Assembly: GCF_018350175.1 (NCBI RefSeq)
Contig: NC_058369.1
Coordinates: 20,090,001-20,154,000, forward strand
DNA from: Felis catus
Lineage: Eukaryota
Length of the DNA stretch: 64,000 nucleotides
Direction: 5' to 3'
A model generated the notes under the pieces. It was given only the letters and a program-made list of their open reading frames with translations. It made no database searches and had not been told where the DNA came from. The position numbers and the translations under genes are program-made. Below, one piece after another: positions 1 through 11,328 of this stretch; position 1 is the first letter of the stretch; each line of letters begins with the position of its first letter.

Positions 1-94
1 GCTGACTGACATCAGGGACACAAGTACCCTGAAGCCTGGTGTAGGAGTAAGGCTTTCAGGGTTACAGTACTCTGTAGCCTCTTTTTCTCTACAC

Positions 95-250
95 CAGCTT
101 TGGGGACCAGGCAGACCTATGTTTAGACTCCAGCTCATTTCACTCTTCTCAGTAAAATGAACATGGTAATACCAATCTTATAGGATTATGAGAATTAAGT
201 GAAATAAAATATGGGAATATACTCTAACCACTACTTCCCTATAGTAGGCC
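95..250 (+). mobile_element. MIR SINE relic
   Basis: Degenerate MIR core (gtaaaatg...taataccaatcttataggattatgagaattaagtgaaataa); boundaries approximate. Confidence 0.55.
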
Positions 251-402
251 CCCTTCTAAAAATGCAAACTTAAAGGTCTTACAAATAGCCCTCTAAAATT
301 TCTTAAACATTTTTTTGTGTTGCTCCCCTTGGGGAAAGATGAGAAGAAAGTTGGGTGAATAGCCATCATAAACATGGAAATTTAGAAGTTAAAGAGGTGG
401 TG

Positions 403-1272
403 GGAATGCAAGCTGGTGTAGACACTCTGGAAAATGGTATGGAGGTTCCTCAAAAAACTAAAAATAGAACTACCCGGGGCGCCTGGGTGGCGCAGTCGGT
501 TAAGTGTCCGACTTCAGCCAGGTCATGATCTTGCGGTCCAGGAGTTCGAGCCCCACGTCGGGCTCTGGGCTGATGGCTCAGAGCCTGGAGCCTGTTTCTG
601 ATTCTGTGTCTCCCTCTCTCTCTGCCCCTCCCCCGTTCATGCTCTGTCTCTCTCTGTCCCAAAAATAAAAAAAATAATAATAATAAAAAAAAATAGAACT
701 ACCCTATGACCCAGCAATTGCACTACTAGGCATTTATCCATGGGATACAGGTGTGCTGTTTTGAAGGGGTACATGCACCCCCATGTTTATAGCAGCACTA
801 TCAACAATAGCCAAAGTATGGAAAGAGCCCAAATGTCCATCGATGGATGAATGGATAAAGAAGATGTGGTATATACATACAATGGAGTATTACTCGCCAA
901 TCAAAAAGAATGAAATCTTGCCATTTGCAACTACATGGATGGAACTGGAGGGTATTATGCTAATTGAAATTAGAGAAAGACAAAAATCATATGACTTCAC
1001 TCATATGAGGACTTTAAGAGACAAAACAGATGAACATAAGGGAAGGGAAACAAAAATAATATAAAAACAGGGAGGGGGACAAAACAGAAGAGACTCTCAA
1101 ATATGGAGAACAAACTGAGGGTTACTGAAGGAGTTGTGGGAAGGCTACAATGGGCTCCCCATTGTAGAGGGATGGGCTAAATGGGTAAGGGGCACTAAGG
1201 AATCTACTCCTGAAATCATTGTTGCACTATATGCTAACTAATTTGGATGTTAACTTTAAAAAATAAAAAAAA
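403..1272 (+). mobile_element. 5'-truncated carnivore/felid L1 (ORF2 C-terminus, 3'UTR and A tail), interrupted by a SINE
   Basis: ORF 783-1064 [20 protein letters not shown] is the L1 ORF2 C-terminus; 17-bp TSD aagttaa(a/g)gaggtggtg at 386-402 and 1273-1289. Confidence 0.93.
476..689 (+). mobile_element. Felid CAN-SINE (SINEC_Fc type) nested in L1
   Basis: ggggcgcctgggtggcgcagtcgg head, CT tract, A tail; TSD aaaatagaactaccc at 461-475 and 690-704. Confidence 0.96.
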
Positions 1273-2636
1273 AAGTTAAGGAGGTGGTGAGGAAGAGGCA
1301 AATGCTACTGTGTGCTCTGGTGCATGAGTGAATGAGAAGAGTATTCTGAACTCTGTTGAACAGAGCCTGCACACCTGCTCCGGTGCTTCTGGTGCTCTGG
1401 ATACTTGGGAATCGCATGTAGAAAACCAAAAACCTCTCGCCTCTCTGTCCTATCCCTTGAGTAAAATCCCTGGACATGTAGTAGTTGAAGTACTATGCTG
1501 GTTATCTCCTCTGTGAGGAGAGCAGACTGCTACAGAGGCATTACAGGCCTCTTTTCAATCATAATCCCTCGTGTCTCATAATTGAGGACAAACTACCAAC
1601 ATCAATAATCATGCTCTAAATATTAATTTGATTGGGTATAACATGATGCTTCTATAATCACAACTCTTTTGATTACTTAATAAATGTTTATATTTATAAT
1701 TTTTCCTTACAAAATACCCTAGTGATTGGTTAAAATATGCTGATGACACCACATCCACTTAGTTTTAGATGATTTAAGTAACCCCTTGGCATTTAGGAAA
1801 GGGAGACATTTGAAAGATCAGTTAGGAAGTGATTACACTGGTCCAGAAGAGAGATGATAATGGTTAAACCAAGACCATGAAGAAGAGATATCAATGAGGT
1901 AATACACATTGTCAATGTGAAAGTGGATGACAAAGCAGTATCTCCACTGTACTGCCAAAAACCATTAATATTTTATTGGAGAAATGCTGGAGTTACACCA
2001 TCTATCAGAGGGAGGGAGTTAATTTTAAAGACTCTTCTTTTGCAGTGAGAGGGGGAGTATGTTATTTATGACAAACTGTAGTCAGATTTCTGTTAAAGAA
2101 AGTAACTACTGATCTTGTAAACCTAGAAAGTGACAAAAAAAAAAAGCTGACAGCAAGACAAGTCTTTGAATCCTCACCAGCTGGGCACTCTGATGTACTG
2201 CCTGGTTGGAAGAGATGAGACAGTGAGCATGTCAGACAGGAAGGGCTGGATGTACTGCTGCCAGCACCTCTCACTTTTGATTTCCAACTGAGTTGCTAAA
2301 TCACAAGTGCTCATGTTAAAGAACGGTCTCCCTCTTCCTTTGTTTGGAAGGAATTCTATAAGTAGAAAATTATCCTCACAGCTCTGGACTATGAGAACCT
2401 CATCTTTGATAATTCTTTGCAACATCTCTGAGTAACTGAGGCTTATTTATACTGACTCAGGAGTCCAAAGAGTAATAAAATTAAACTAATGACTAATTTC
2501 CTTTAACTCTGAATGACTTCTATACAAACCCTTTTACTTAGTTGTGTTTCACATTGCGTGTACTTCACGCTCCTGGACGACTTTTTCTGTTGTTAAGTCT
2601 TTACACTATTTTTTTAGTTCCTTACTCTTTGATATC

Positions 2637-2932
2637 TTTTTTATTATTTGAGTGTAGCTGACACACAACATTACATTAATTTCAGGTATACAGTGTAATT
2701 ATTCATTTTCTCTATACATTATGCTATGCTCACCACAAAAAAAAAAAAACAAAACAAAAACAGAAATACCATACCAAATCCAACAATTACACTACTGTTT
2801 ACCCAAAGCAAACAAAAGCACTAATTCAAAAAGATATACGCACCCCTGTGTTTATTGCAGTATCATTTACAATAGCCAAAATGTGGAAGCAACCCAGGTG
2901 TGTCCATCAATAGATGAATAAATAAGATATGG

Positions 2933-2972
<40 letters not shown>

Positions 2973-3105
2973 TGGAATATTGTGCAACTTAAAAAAAAAA
3001 AAAAAGATGAGATCTTGCCATTTGTGACAACATGGATGGACCTAGAGGGCATTGTGTTAGGTAAAATAAGTCAAACTGAAAGTCAAATACCATATAATTT
3101 CACAT
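2637..3105. mobile_element. Older L1 with inversion: minus-strand 3' end (~2637-2736) joined to plus-strand ORF2 end (~2737-3105)
   Basis: Poly-T followed by acacaacattacattaatttcaggt (antisense L1 3' end), then sense tgtgtttattgcag...gagatcttgccatttgtgacaacatggatgg; no clear TSD. Confidence 0.7.
2936..2970. repeat. (CA)n microsatellite
   Basis: Direct inspection. Confidence 0.95.
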
Positions 3106-3217
3106 GCTAAAACTCTCACTGGGGTTTCCTATTTTAGTGGCCATGCTGGACTGCACACTTCTGAGTAAGCATGGAAAAATCCTGTAAGTTTTCCTTTGTG
3201 CATGGGTCTTACATTTT

Positions 3218-4604
3218 TTTTTTATATATGAAATTTATTGACAAATTGGTTTCCATACAACACCCAGTGCTCATCCCAAAAGGTGCCCTCCTCAATACCC
3301 ATCACCCACCCTCTCCTCCCTCCCACCCCCCATCAACCCTCAGTTTGTTCTCAGTTTTTAACAGTCTCTTATGCTTTGGCTCTCTCCCACTCTAACCTCT
3401 TTTTTTTTTCCTTCCCCTCCCCCATGGGTTCCTGTTAAGTTTCTCAGGATCCACATAAGAGTGAAACCATATGGTATCTGTCTTTCTCTGTATGGCTTAT
3501 TTCACTTAGCATCACACTCTCCAGTTCCATCCACGTTGCTACAAAAGGCCCTATTTCATTTTTTCTCATTGCCACGTAGAATTCCATTGTGTATATAAAC
3601 CACAATTTCTTTATCCATTCATCAGTTGATGGACATTTAGGCTCTTTCCATAATTTGGCTATTGTTGAGAGTGCTGCTATGAACATTGGGGTACAAGTGG
3701 CCCTATGCATCAGTACTCCTGTATCCCTTGGATAAATTCCTAGCAGTGCTATTGCTGGGTCATAGGGTAGGTCTATTTTTAATTTTCTGAGGAACCTCCA
3801 CACTGCTTTCCAGAGCGGCTGCACCAATTTGCATTCCCACCAACAGTGCAGGAGGGTTCCCATTTCTCCACATCCTCGCCAGCATCTATAGTCTCCTGAT
3901 TTGTTCATTTTGGCCACTCTGACTGGCGTGAGGTGATACCTGAGTGTGGTTTTGATTTGTATTTCCCTGATAAGGAGCGACGCTGAACATCTTTTCATGT
4001 GCCTGTTGGCCATCTGGATGTCTTCTTTAGAGAAGTGTCTATTCATGTTTTCTGCCCATTTCTTCACTGGGTTTTTTGTTTCTCGGGTGTGGAGTTTGGT
4101 GAGCTCTTTATAGATTTTGGATACTAGCCCTTTGTCCGATATGTCATTTGCGAATATCTTTTCCCATTCCATTGGTTGCCTTTTAGTTTTGTTGGTTGTT
4201 TCCTTTGCTGTGCAGAAGCTTTTTATCTTCATAAGGTCCCAGTAATTCACTTTTGCTTTTAATTCCCTTGCCTTTGGGGATGTGTCGAGTAAGAGATTGC
4301 TACGGCTGAGGTCAGAGAGGTCTTTTCCTGCTTTCTCCTCTAAGGTTTTGATGGTTTCCTGTCTCACATTTAGGTCCTTTATCCATTTTGAGTTTATTTT
4401 TGTGAATGGTGTGAGAAAGTGGTCTAGTTTCAACCTTCTGCATGTTGCTGTCCAGTTCTCCCAGCACCATTTGTTAAAGAGGCTGTCTTTTTTCCATTGG
4501 ATGTTCTTTCCTGCTTTGTCAAAGATGAGTTGGCCATACGTTTGTGGGTCTAGTTCTGGGGTTTCTATTCTATTCCATTGGTCTATGTGTCTGTTTTTGT
4601 GCCA
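3218..4604 (-). mobile_element. Young 5'-truncated felid L1 with uninterrupted ORF2 C-terminal frame
   Basis: ORF 3444-4628(-) is L1 ORF2 ([10 protein letters not shown]...[13 protein letters not shown]...) with no stops; perfect 14-bp TSD gggtcttacatttt at 3204-3217 and 4605-4618. Confidence 0.97.
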
Positions 4605-5188
4605 GGGTCTTACATTTTGAAAGGTCATACCTTCCTATGCAACAGGGAAAGGGGGTGCCAAGGCTATAGAGACTCCTGTTGTCGCATGGAATTTTCAAGA
4701 GATGACCATAATCTCATTTCAGTTGTTTCATTGAGGTGTCTGCATTAGGATGAGGAATCCCTGGTGTCTGTCTGTAAACTACACCAAGTACTTGTGTGGT
4801 TGTAGCTGTCTTGGAATTGCCCTTTAGAGAAATTAACAGAGGTGCAGTGTTGTTCCTCTATTCTCTCTTTTGTCCCAATCTTGAAACCCCTAGAAAGGAC
4901 TTTATATGTTTAGACATTTCAACCTTTTCTGCTAAGCCTTCCTTCCTCTTGATTATAGAGGATTTCACAGTGGACCAAACTCACTATTCTCCTAAACTTT
5001 TCTTCCTCTCTTGGCCTGGCTGAAACATAAACAAGCAAATATCCACACTGCTCTGAGCTTAATAGGATTTTCCTCTGGAGCCAGTATAAAGACTATTGAA
5101 TGATGATACAAAGTCAGTGCAAGGCATGGCAGTGGTAATTGTCTAGAGGAACTATTATTTCCCCTCTCAGGAACTTGCCTCTGGAACC

Positions 5189-5191
<3 letters not shown>

Positions 5192-5237
<46 letters not shown>
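5192..5237. repeat. (TG)n microsatellite
   Basis: Direct inspection. Confidence 0.95.
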
Positions 5238-5238
<1 letters not shown>

Positions 5239-5264
5239 TGTAAGAGACTAGAAGAGAAAACTTA

Positions 5265-5434
5265 GGGGCACCTGGGTTGCACAGTCAGTTAAGCGTCCGA
5301 CTTCAGCTCAGGTCATGATCTCACGGTTCATGCATTCAAGCCCTGCGTCAGGCTCTGTGCTAACAGCTCAGAGCCTGGAGCCTGCTTCAGATCCTCTGTA
5401 TCCTTCTCTCTCTTCCATCTCCCACTCATTCATA

Positions 5435-5470
<36 letters not shown>

Positions 5471-5483
5471 AAAAAAAAAAAAA
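5265..5483 (+). mobile_element. CAN-SINE
   Basis: ggggcacctggg head, (CT)n, A tail; approximate TSD agaagagaaaa(g)ctt. Confidence 0.93.
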
Positions 5484-5754
5484 AGAAGAGAAAAGCTTGT
5501 GATGTAGGAGATTGCTACTTTAGAGAATAGGATATTTTGCCAATTAAAAATATTTGTTGACATTCATTTTAGAGTTTCCACCCTTTACCCAAGTGTGAAT
5601 CTTCCATGAGCCTTAACAGAAAACATGCCTTGTCTAATTTAGTAAAACAGGAAAGTGAGTTTGAAGTTTGCCTTCAAAGTTGGTGTTTCAGTTGGAACAT
5701 CAGACCAGATGTTTAAAAGCCTTGAGAGCCATAACACCTGTCCTTCTGTTGCAG

Positions 5755-5843
5755 GTGCAACAACGAGAGTGAGTGGTCCCAGATCCACGAGAATATCATC
5801 CGCAAGTCCAGCGCCAAGTATTCTGCTCCCAGCGCCAGCCATG
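5755..5843 (+). CDS. DOCK3: DOCK3 coding exon (~exon 13), (T)CNNESEWSQIHENIIRKSSAKYSAPSASH(G)
   Basis: ttctgttgcag| acceptor and |gtaaca donor; 89 nt, phase 2 to 1; translation matches DOCK3 as recalled. Confidence 0.96.
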
Positions 5844-7030
5844 GTAACATAGTTCTCTGGCTAGAAAACTTTGTGTTGCATTTACTGTTCCTGATCATAC
5901 AGACCTATAGATCATACATTGAATTTGTGTGGATCAGCCACCATATGTAAAGTTCAATTCCCCACAGACATTTATTCTCCTGCCCAGTCATTTTCTACTA
6001 TTTCTTTTTGTGATAATTTGAGACCTTCCCTAATTACTTTCAACCAAAATACATTTTCTGTTCTTTCTATAATGGATTCCATGTGCTTTGATAGGTAACT
6101 TAAGTTCTAATTTAAATCAAAAGCAAACAAAAAGGTTTCAGAGTTTGTGACATTGTGAAGTCTGTGTTTTCCTGAATAAAGAATACACACCCCAGTCAAA
6201 AATAAAAGACAAATATTAATAATCACTTTTTCTATTCCTGTTCAGTGTTAGCATCACAAAGAAAGCCTGACACTAATGAGAATCAGTGTTTGGTTTGCCA
6301 ATATCATTCAGGAACTGAAATAGACAATCTTTATTTCACAGCAGCTTTTATCTCTGTTCAATTTCTTTTCCTTTCCCCTCCTTTTCTTTTAAAACTGTTT
6401 AATTTCTATCTATATCTTGGTGTAATTCCACACATTAGAAAGATTGTGCTTTCTAAATTGAACATTAATTGCTTGATTAAATTAGAAGCACTATTTAAAA
6501 GCCTCTGAGCTTTTATATACCCTTGAAGATAGCTACCAAGTTTACATAGAACCATGCTTATTCCGACAGTTTTACCTATCATTTATTTCATAATATCTTT
6601 TACATAACCTTATTTGTTTTTTAACTTTCATAGCCTCATTATAAATACAAGTGGGCCTTACATGACATTCTAAAGCCACTGCGAGGCATGGAAGTTTCCA
6701 AAGTTGTTAAGAAGTACTTATTTTTTTTCTTTATCAGGATCAGCACATATTCAACTAGGATGGCCCTCAGAGCAACTCCACACCAGAGGCTGCAAAGTTT
6801 GAGACCCTCAGATGGGAGTATTTGATTTCTCTAAAACTCTGTAGCACAGGGAGCCTCAGGGTCTCTCTCACAATTTTTAAGTGACTGGTTTTTTTCTATG
6901 TATGTGCCTGGATGCCAGGGAACTCCATGCAGTGCTTGAAAGGGAAGGGAGTCCATATTTCTCACCTAAAACTAGGCTAAAGCAGGAGGCAAATAAAATC
7001 TTGTTTTTAAAATATAAAAAAGTTACTGGT

Positions 7031-7206
7031 GCAGTGGCTGGGTGGCTCAGTAGGTTGAATGTCCTACTCTTGATTTCAGCTCAGGTCATGATCCCAGGGT
7101 CATGGGATCGTGCCCCACATCAGGCTCTGCTTAGCATGGAGCCAGCTTAAGATTCTCTCCCCCTCTGCCCCTCTTCCCTGCTCACAGTTTTTAATTATAA
7201 AAGAAA
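7031..7206 (+). mobile_element. CAN-SINE (older subfamily)
   Basis: tgggtggctcag...tcaggtcatgatccc; TSD aaaaaagttactggt. Confidence 0.88.
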
Positions 7207-7352
7207 AAAAAAGTTACTGGTAATTTGGAAAACTCCCATTCATATCCATGTTTGTGGTGTTCTTTGCTTTATTTACTGTACTTGATTTGTAAAGAGTTAC
7301 CTTTGGATACAAGTTCTTGGGACATGATATGATTAAAACATGAGAACATTTT

Positions 7353-7508
7353 GGGGAACCTGGGTGGCTCAGTCAGTTAAGTGTCTGACTTAGGCTCAGG
7401 TCATGATCCCCCAGTTCATGGGTTCAAGCCCTGCATTGGGTTCTCTGCTGACAGCTCAGAGCCTGGAGCCTACTTCAGATCTGTGTGCCTCTCTCTCTGC
7501 CCCTCCCC

Positions 7509-7551
<43 letters not shown>

Positions 7552-7572
7552 AAACATTAAAAACTTTTTTTA
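7353..7572 (+). mobile_element. CAN-SINE
   Basis: Head, (CT)n, A tail; TSD aaaacatg(g)agaacatttt. Confidence 0.93.
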
Positions 7573-7640
7573 AAAAAACATGGAGAACATTTTAGAAGAA
7601 AGATGGTAGTAATAATACACTTTTTAAAACAGCTGAAAGA

Positions 7641-7866
7641 GGGGCGCCTGGGTGGCTCAGTTGGTTAAGCGGCCGACTTCGGCTCAGGTCATGATCTTGC
7701 AGTCCGTGAGTTCGAGCCCCGCGTCAGGCTCTGTGCTGACAGCTCAGAGCCTGGAGCCTGTTTCAAATTCTGTGTCTCCCTCTCTCTGACCCTCCCCTGT
7801 TCATGCTCTGTCTCTCTCTGTCTCAAAAATAAATAAACGTTAAAAAAAATAAATAAAAAATTTTAA
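7641..7866 (+). mobile_element. Young CAN-SINE (SINEC_Fc)
   Basis: CpG-rich body; TSD aaaacagctgaaaga(g) at ~7626-7641 and 7867-7882. Confidence 0.96.
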
Positions 7867-8179
7867 AAAACAGCTGAAAGAGTAGTTTCCCCCATTACCT
7901 CACCAGATTAAAATGCTGAATTGTGTCTCATTCCCTAGAGTGAGCAGGGATGGTGCCATCTTCAGTGTCTGTGGTTTTTGTCTGGAACTCACAAACACTG
8001 GCCATTCAAACAGTGTTAGAAAGGCACCCCAGACTTCATATAGCCTTAGTTAGGGTGTCCCAGTTAGAGGTCTCCATGTACTTGTGGAAAATCCAGGAGG
8101 AGAAATAGGCTGCTTCTCTTTGAAGTGTGTGTCTGATGGCTTCTAGGTAAGGCTTGACTTGGAATCTGTTGAGATCTTG

Positions 8180-8300
8180 GAAATTACCTGTTTCAACTCC
8201 TTCATTAAATAAATGAGGAAACTGAAGCTCAATGAAGTGACTTCATGGCTAAAGCAGGGAGCCCTGGTTTCCATACTCCAGGCCACTGGCTTTCCACTCT
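8180..8300 (-). mobile_element. MIR relic
   Basis: aatgaggaaactgaagctc core; boundaries approximate. Confidence 0.55.
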
Positions 8301-11202
8301 GTTGCCAAGCTTCTCAGCATGGGTTTTCTACTACAGGATTTTAGGGTCTTCATGTCAAAAAATTTCATAGATTACTCAAGGAATAGTTCAGGTCTTTATT
8401 AGCCTCCTTAATTAAAGACACGTCATTATAAAAAATTAACTTTGCTATAAACTGTCACCCATCTTTGTTAAACATTGTGGACAGTTAATTGCCTTGGCAG
8501 TTCTGTTTCAGAACTCAGTAGTGCTCTCCCTTCAAGTTAAATCATACAAAATTCAGAAGGAATTACTACATTAGTTTTAGGTGCTGAGACTAAAACTATC
8601 ATTCATCACTAACTCCCTTAGATTGGCCTCTTAGATATGTAGCCACAGAAGTAACTTTTAGTAATTCCAGTAGCATGAAGATCATTAAAAACAAGTGAAA
8701 ACAAAACAGTTGAGAAATTAATTTTCTATGTATTTTTTAATGACTTATACAGCTTTCTTTATGTTTCTTGGGCTGGGATTAATTTACATTATTAATCTTC
8801 ACTCATCTCTTCACAGAGATGGAGGTTGAGAGGGACAAGGGCCAGGTTGCTGACCTTCCAGTATTCCACACAAATGTGTGGGATAGTTTTATGGGACAGT
8901 CTTAATCTGAGATGAAATTTAGTAAGAAAACAGTTTTCTTGTGTCAGAGATCATTTTAACAGAGAAATTGTAATAGAATTAGTTACTTTCAAGTTCTTTG
9001 GCTTGAGAGCCAGGTGATTGGTAGGTAGATGAGCAAGTGTTGCTAAAGGACTGGTTGCATATTGGGTAGGCGAGTGGGTCACTTTTCTGAGTTATTTACA
9101 GAGGCTCTTTTGTCCTGAGGACCATGCTTAGCATTATTTGGCATGTGCCTCAATCACTCAGGGCTTCAGAACCAGGAAGAGGACTCACATATTCCAGGAT
9201 CCCAATTTCTACAAAAGCAGATGAAGTTTTATAGCCTCCATTGGTGACTTCTTTCATCCTTCATGTGCCTTTTCATGTGTTCTCTTGCATAAACTGAAGC
9301 CCTTTTCCTCTTGCTTGTCACACTTCAGAGCAGCTATTCAGAATTCCTTTTGGATAGCTCAAAAGCTAGATGCACCTCTCCCAGTGTCTTCAGTCTGCAT
9401 CCTCACAAGTTGCACTTTGCATCTCTAGGCCAATTTGGTTGCTCAGAAAATGAGATAAAAGGTAGGAAAGATAGTCAGTGGGCACTTGAATGAATAATCC
9501 TTGCCAGTGCCAAGTGAGAAGGATGAACCCATTGATTTTCTTTTCCTTTGCCCTCTATCATCTCAGATTCTGGGAATTGTCTGATCCTTAGCTATCTGCT
9601 CCAGTTTAGGCTGTCTCCTAGGATGGTGGACCCCTGTTCGCCCAGAGGATAATATCTGATAGCCATGTAAAGATACCACAGATAAATGTGCTGGGGCTGT
9701 GGGGGAGGGGTTGTGAGTACCTCACAAGCTGCTCTCTTCTGAAGAGTTTATTGTGATCTGGATTCTGACCTCCAGCCTTTCAGGCTCATAAGTTATTTGT
9801 AGTTGAGTCCACCAAGTAATTAGGCTATAAAAAAAAATAGGGTGTTCAAAACCTAAACATTAACCAGACTAACAGCTGGAATACCATATATCTCCTTTCC
9901 AGAGCACTGTGATCTCATTGTTAATGATACCTGGGACATCATATGTGCAATCTCAGGGTTCTTGGGGTACATGAATTTGGCCAAAGCAATAAGATCATCT
10001 TGAGGTTCTTTCTGAGTTGCAGTGGAACCCTGATGACCCCCCAGCCCAGCTATGAGAGTACATATTCCTTGTTACTAGGATACTTTGATCTGACAGATAG
10101 AGTGCCTGTGACTGTTCTGTGTGACACCTCTCTTTCTCCATTTCTCCATTCCCTCTCTCCTCTCCATTTCCAAACCATTCTTATCCTACAACTCTTGTCA
10201 CTGTCTCCATTCTAGCCACTACTTTTCTGGTAATCCTAACTATCATAATTCCCAGGTTTTTAGATTGATGAGTTTGCTTCCTGCTGACACATAGATCAGC
10301 CTCTTCATCATCCTATTAGCAGCTAATCTCATCCACAGAGTCTCAGAATCACTTCCTAACTCTATCTGGGCTTGACCTCCCAGCCTTCTAGCCAGTGGCT
10401 ACAGTAGTAACCCTCGGGGGCAGGGGAGAGGATGGTTTCCAGGAGATTCTTACTTTGTGCAAAACTCCTAGGGTACATACAAGTAATGAAGTGGAAGCCA
10501 GCTCACCTGGGGACACATTACAGGTTCTCCCATGTTCTGAACAAAGCTTTTGGGATCATCTGGAAGATCTGAAGCTTATAGTCTGAAGCAAAGCTCAGTT
10601 AGCCCCACAAAACATCCCATTTCCTTGAAGTGTGGTGGTTCCCTGAAGGGAACGTGATGTCTGCTCTGCTGCTGTCTTTACAAGCCGTTGCAAGGTTGAA
10701 CCAGCAAGTTGCTTCCCACATTTTAGCATACTCCTAGCATAAAACAGCACCTCTTAGCTCATTCGTTTTCAGCTGGGGGGACATCCTGGCACAGGGTCTT
10801 CTTTGTTTCTAGTCTGCCATTGTTTCTGTAGATTTCTCTGGGTTCCTAAATGTATGGTTTATGTAGTTCAACCCTCCCATTCAGTGAGTGTTTGCTAGGG
10901 TCCAGCCAGGCCCTGGGCTAGATGCTGAGGAACAGAGAAAAAGGCAACTCAGTCTCCCAGACCTCAGTCTGTATATAATAAACTAGTTCTCTGGGTTGTT
11001 GAGGTTATCTTTTCTTAAATAGCTTTCTAGAATGTTTCTTCAGAATAGTATATACTTTCTACATCAAAATTTTTCTCAAGAAAAATGCTAAACTTTGTGT
11101 ATTTTCCTCCTGAAAAAAAATGTGACTCTTTATGTCATTTCTAGTACTACAAAACAGGGTGGAAATGTGGTTCTGAGTAAGAAAATGCTTATGTTTTTGC
11201 AG

Positions 11203-11328
11203 GTCTTATCATCTCTCTGCAGCTTCTCCGTGGAGATATGGAACAGATTAGGAGGGAAAACCCCATGATATTTAATAGGGGATTGGCAATTACAAGAAAA
11301 TTGGGATTTCCTGATGTCATCATGCCAG
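11203..11328 (+). CDS. DOCK3: DOCK3 coding exon (~exon 14), GLIISLQLLRGDMEQIRRENPMIFNRGLAITRKLGFPDVIMP(G)
   Basis: tttttgcag| ... |gtaggc; 126 nt, phase 1 to 1; contains the DOCK-A/B RKLGFPDVIMPG motif. Confidence 0.97.

Noticed and set aside
476..560. tRNA-like A/B box sequences
   Set aside because: They are heads of tRNA-derived SINEs followed by a CT tract, A tail and TSDs, not tRNA genes.
450..662. Recurrent short ORFs such as [21 protein letters not shown] and AQSVKRPTSAQVMISRS (also at 17299, 30953, 32769, 38766, 55913)
   Set aside because: These are translations of CAN-SINE consensus sequence, not a protein family.
3444..4628. 394-aa minus-strand ORF as a host or novel gene
   Set aside because: It is the C-terminal part of L1 ORF2 inside a TSD-bounded truncated insertion. 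The start codon comes from flanking DNA and there is no promoter evidence.
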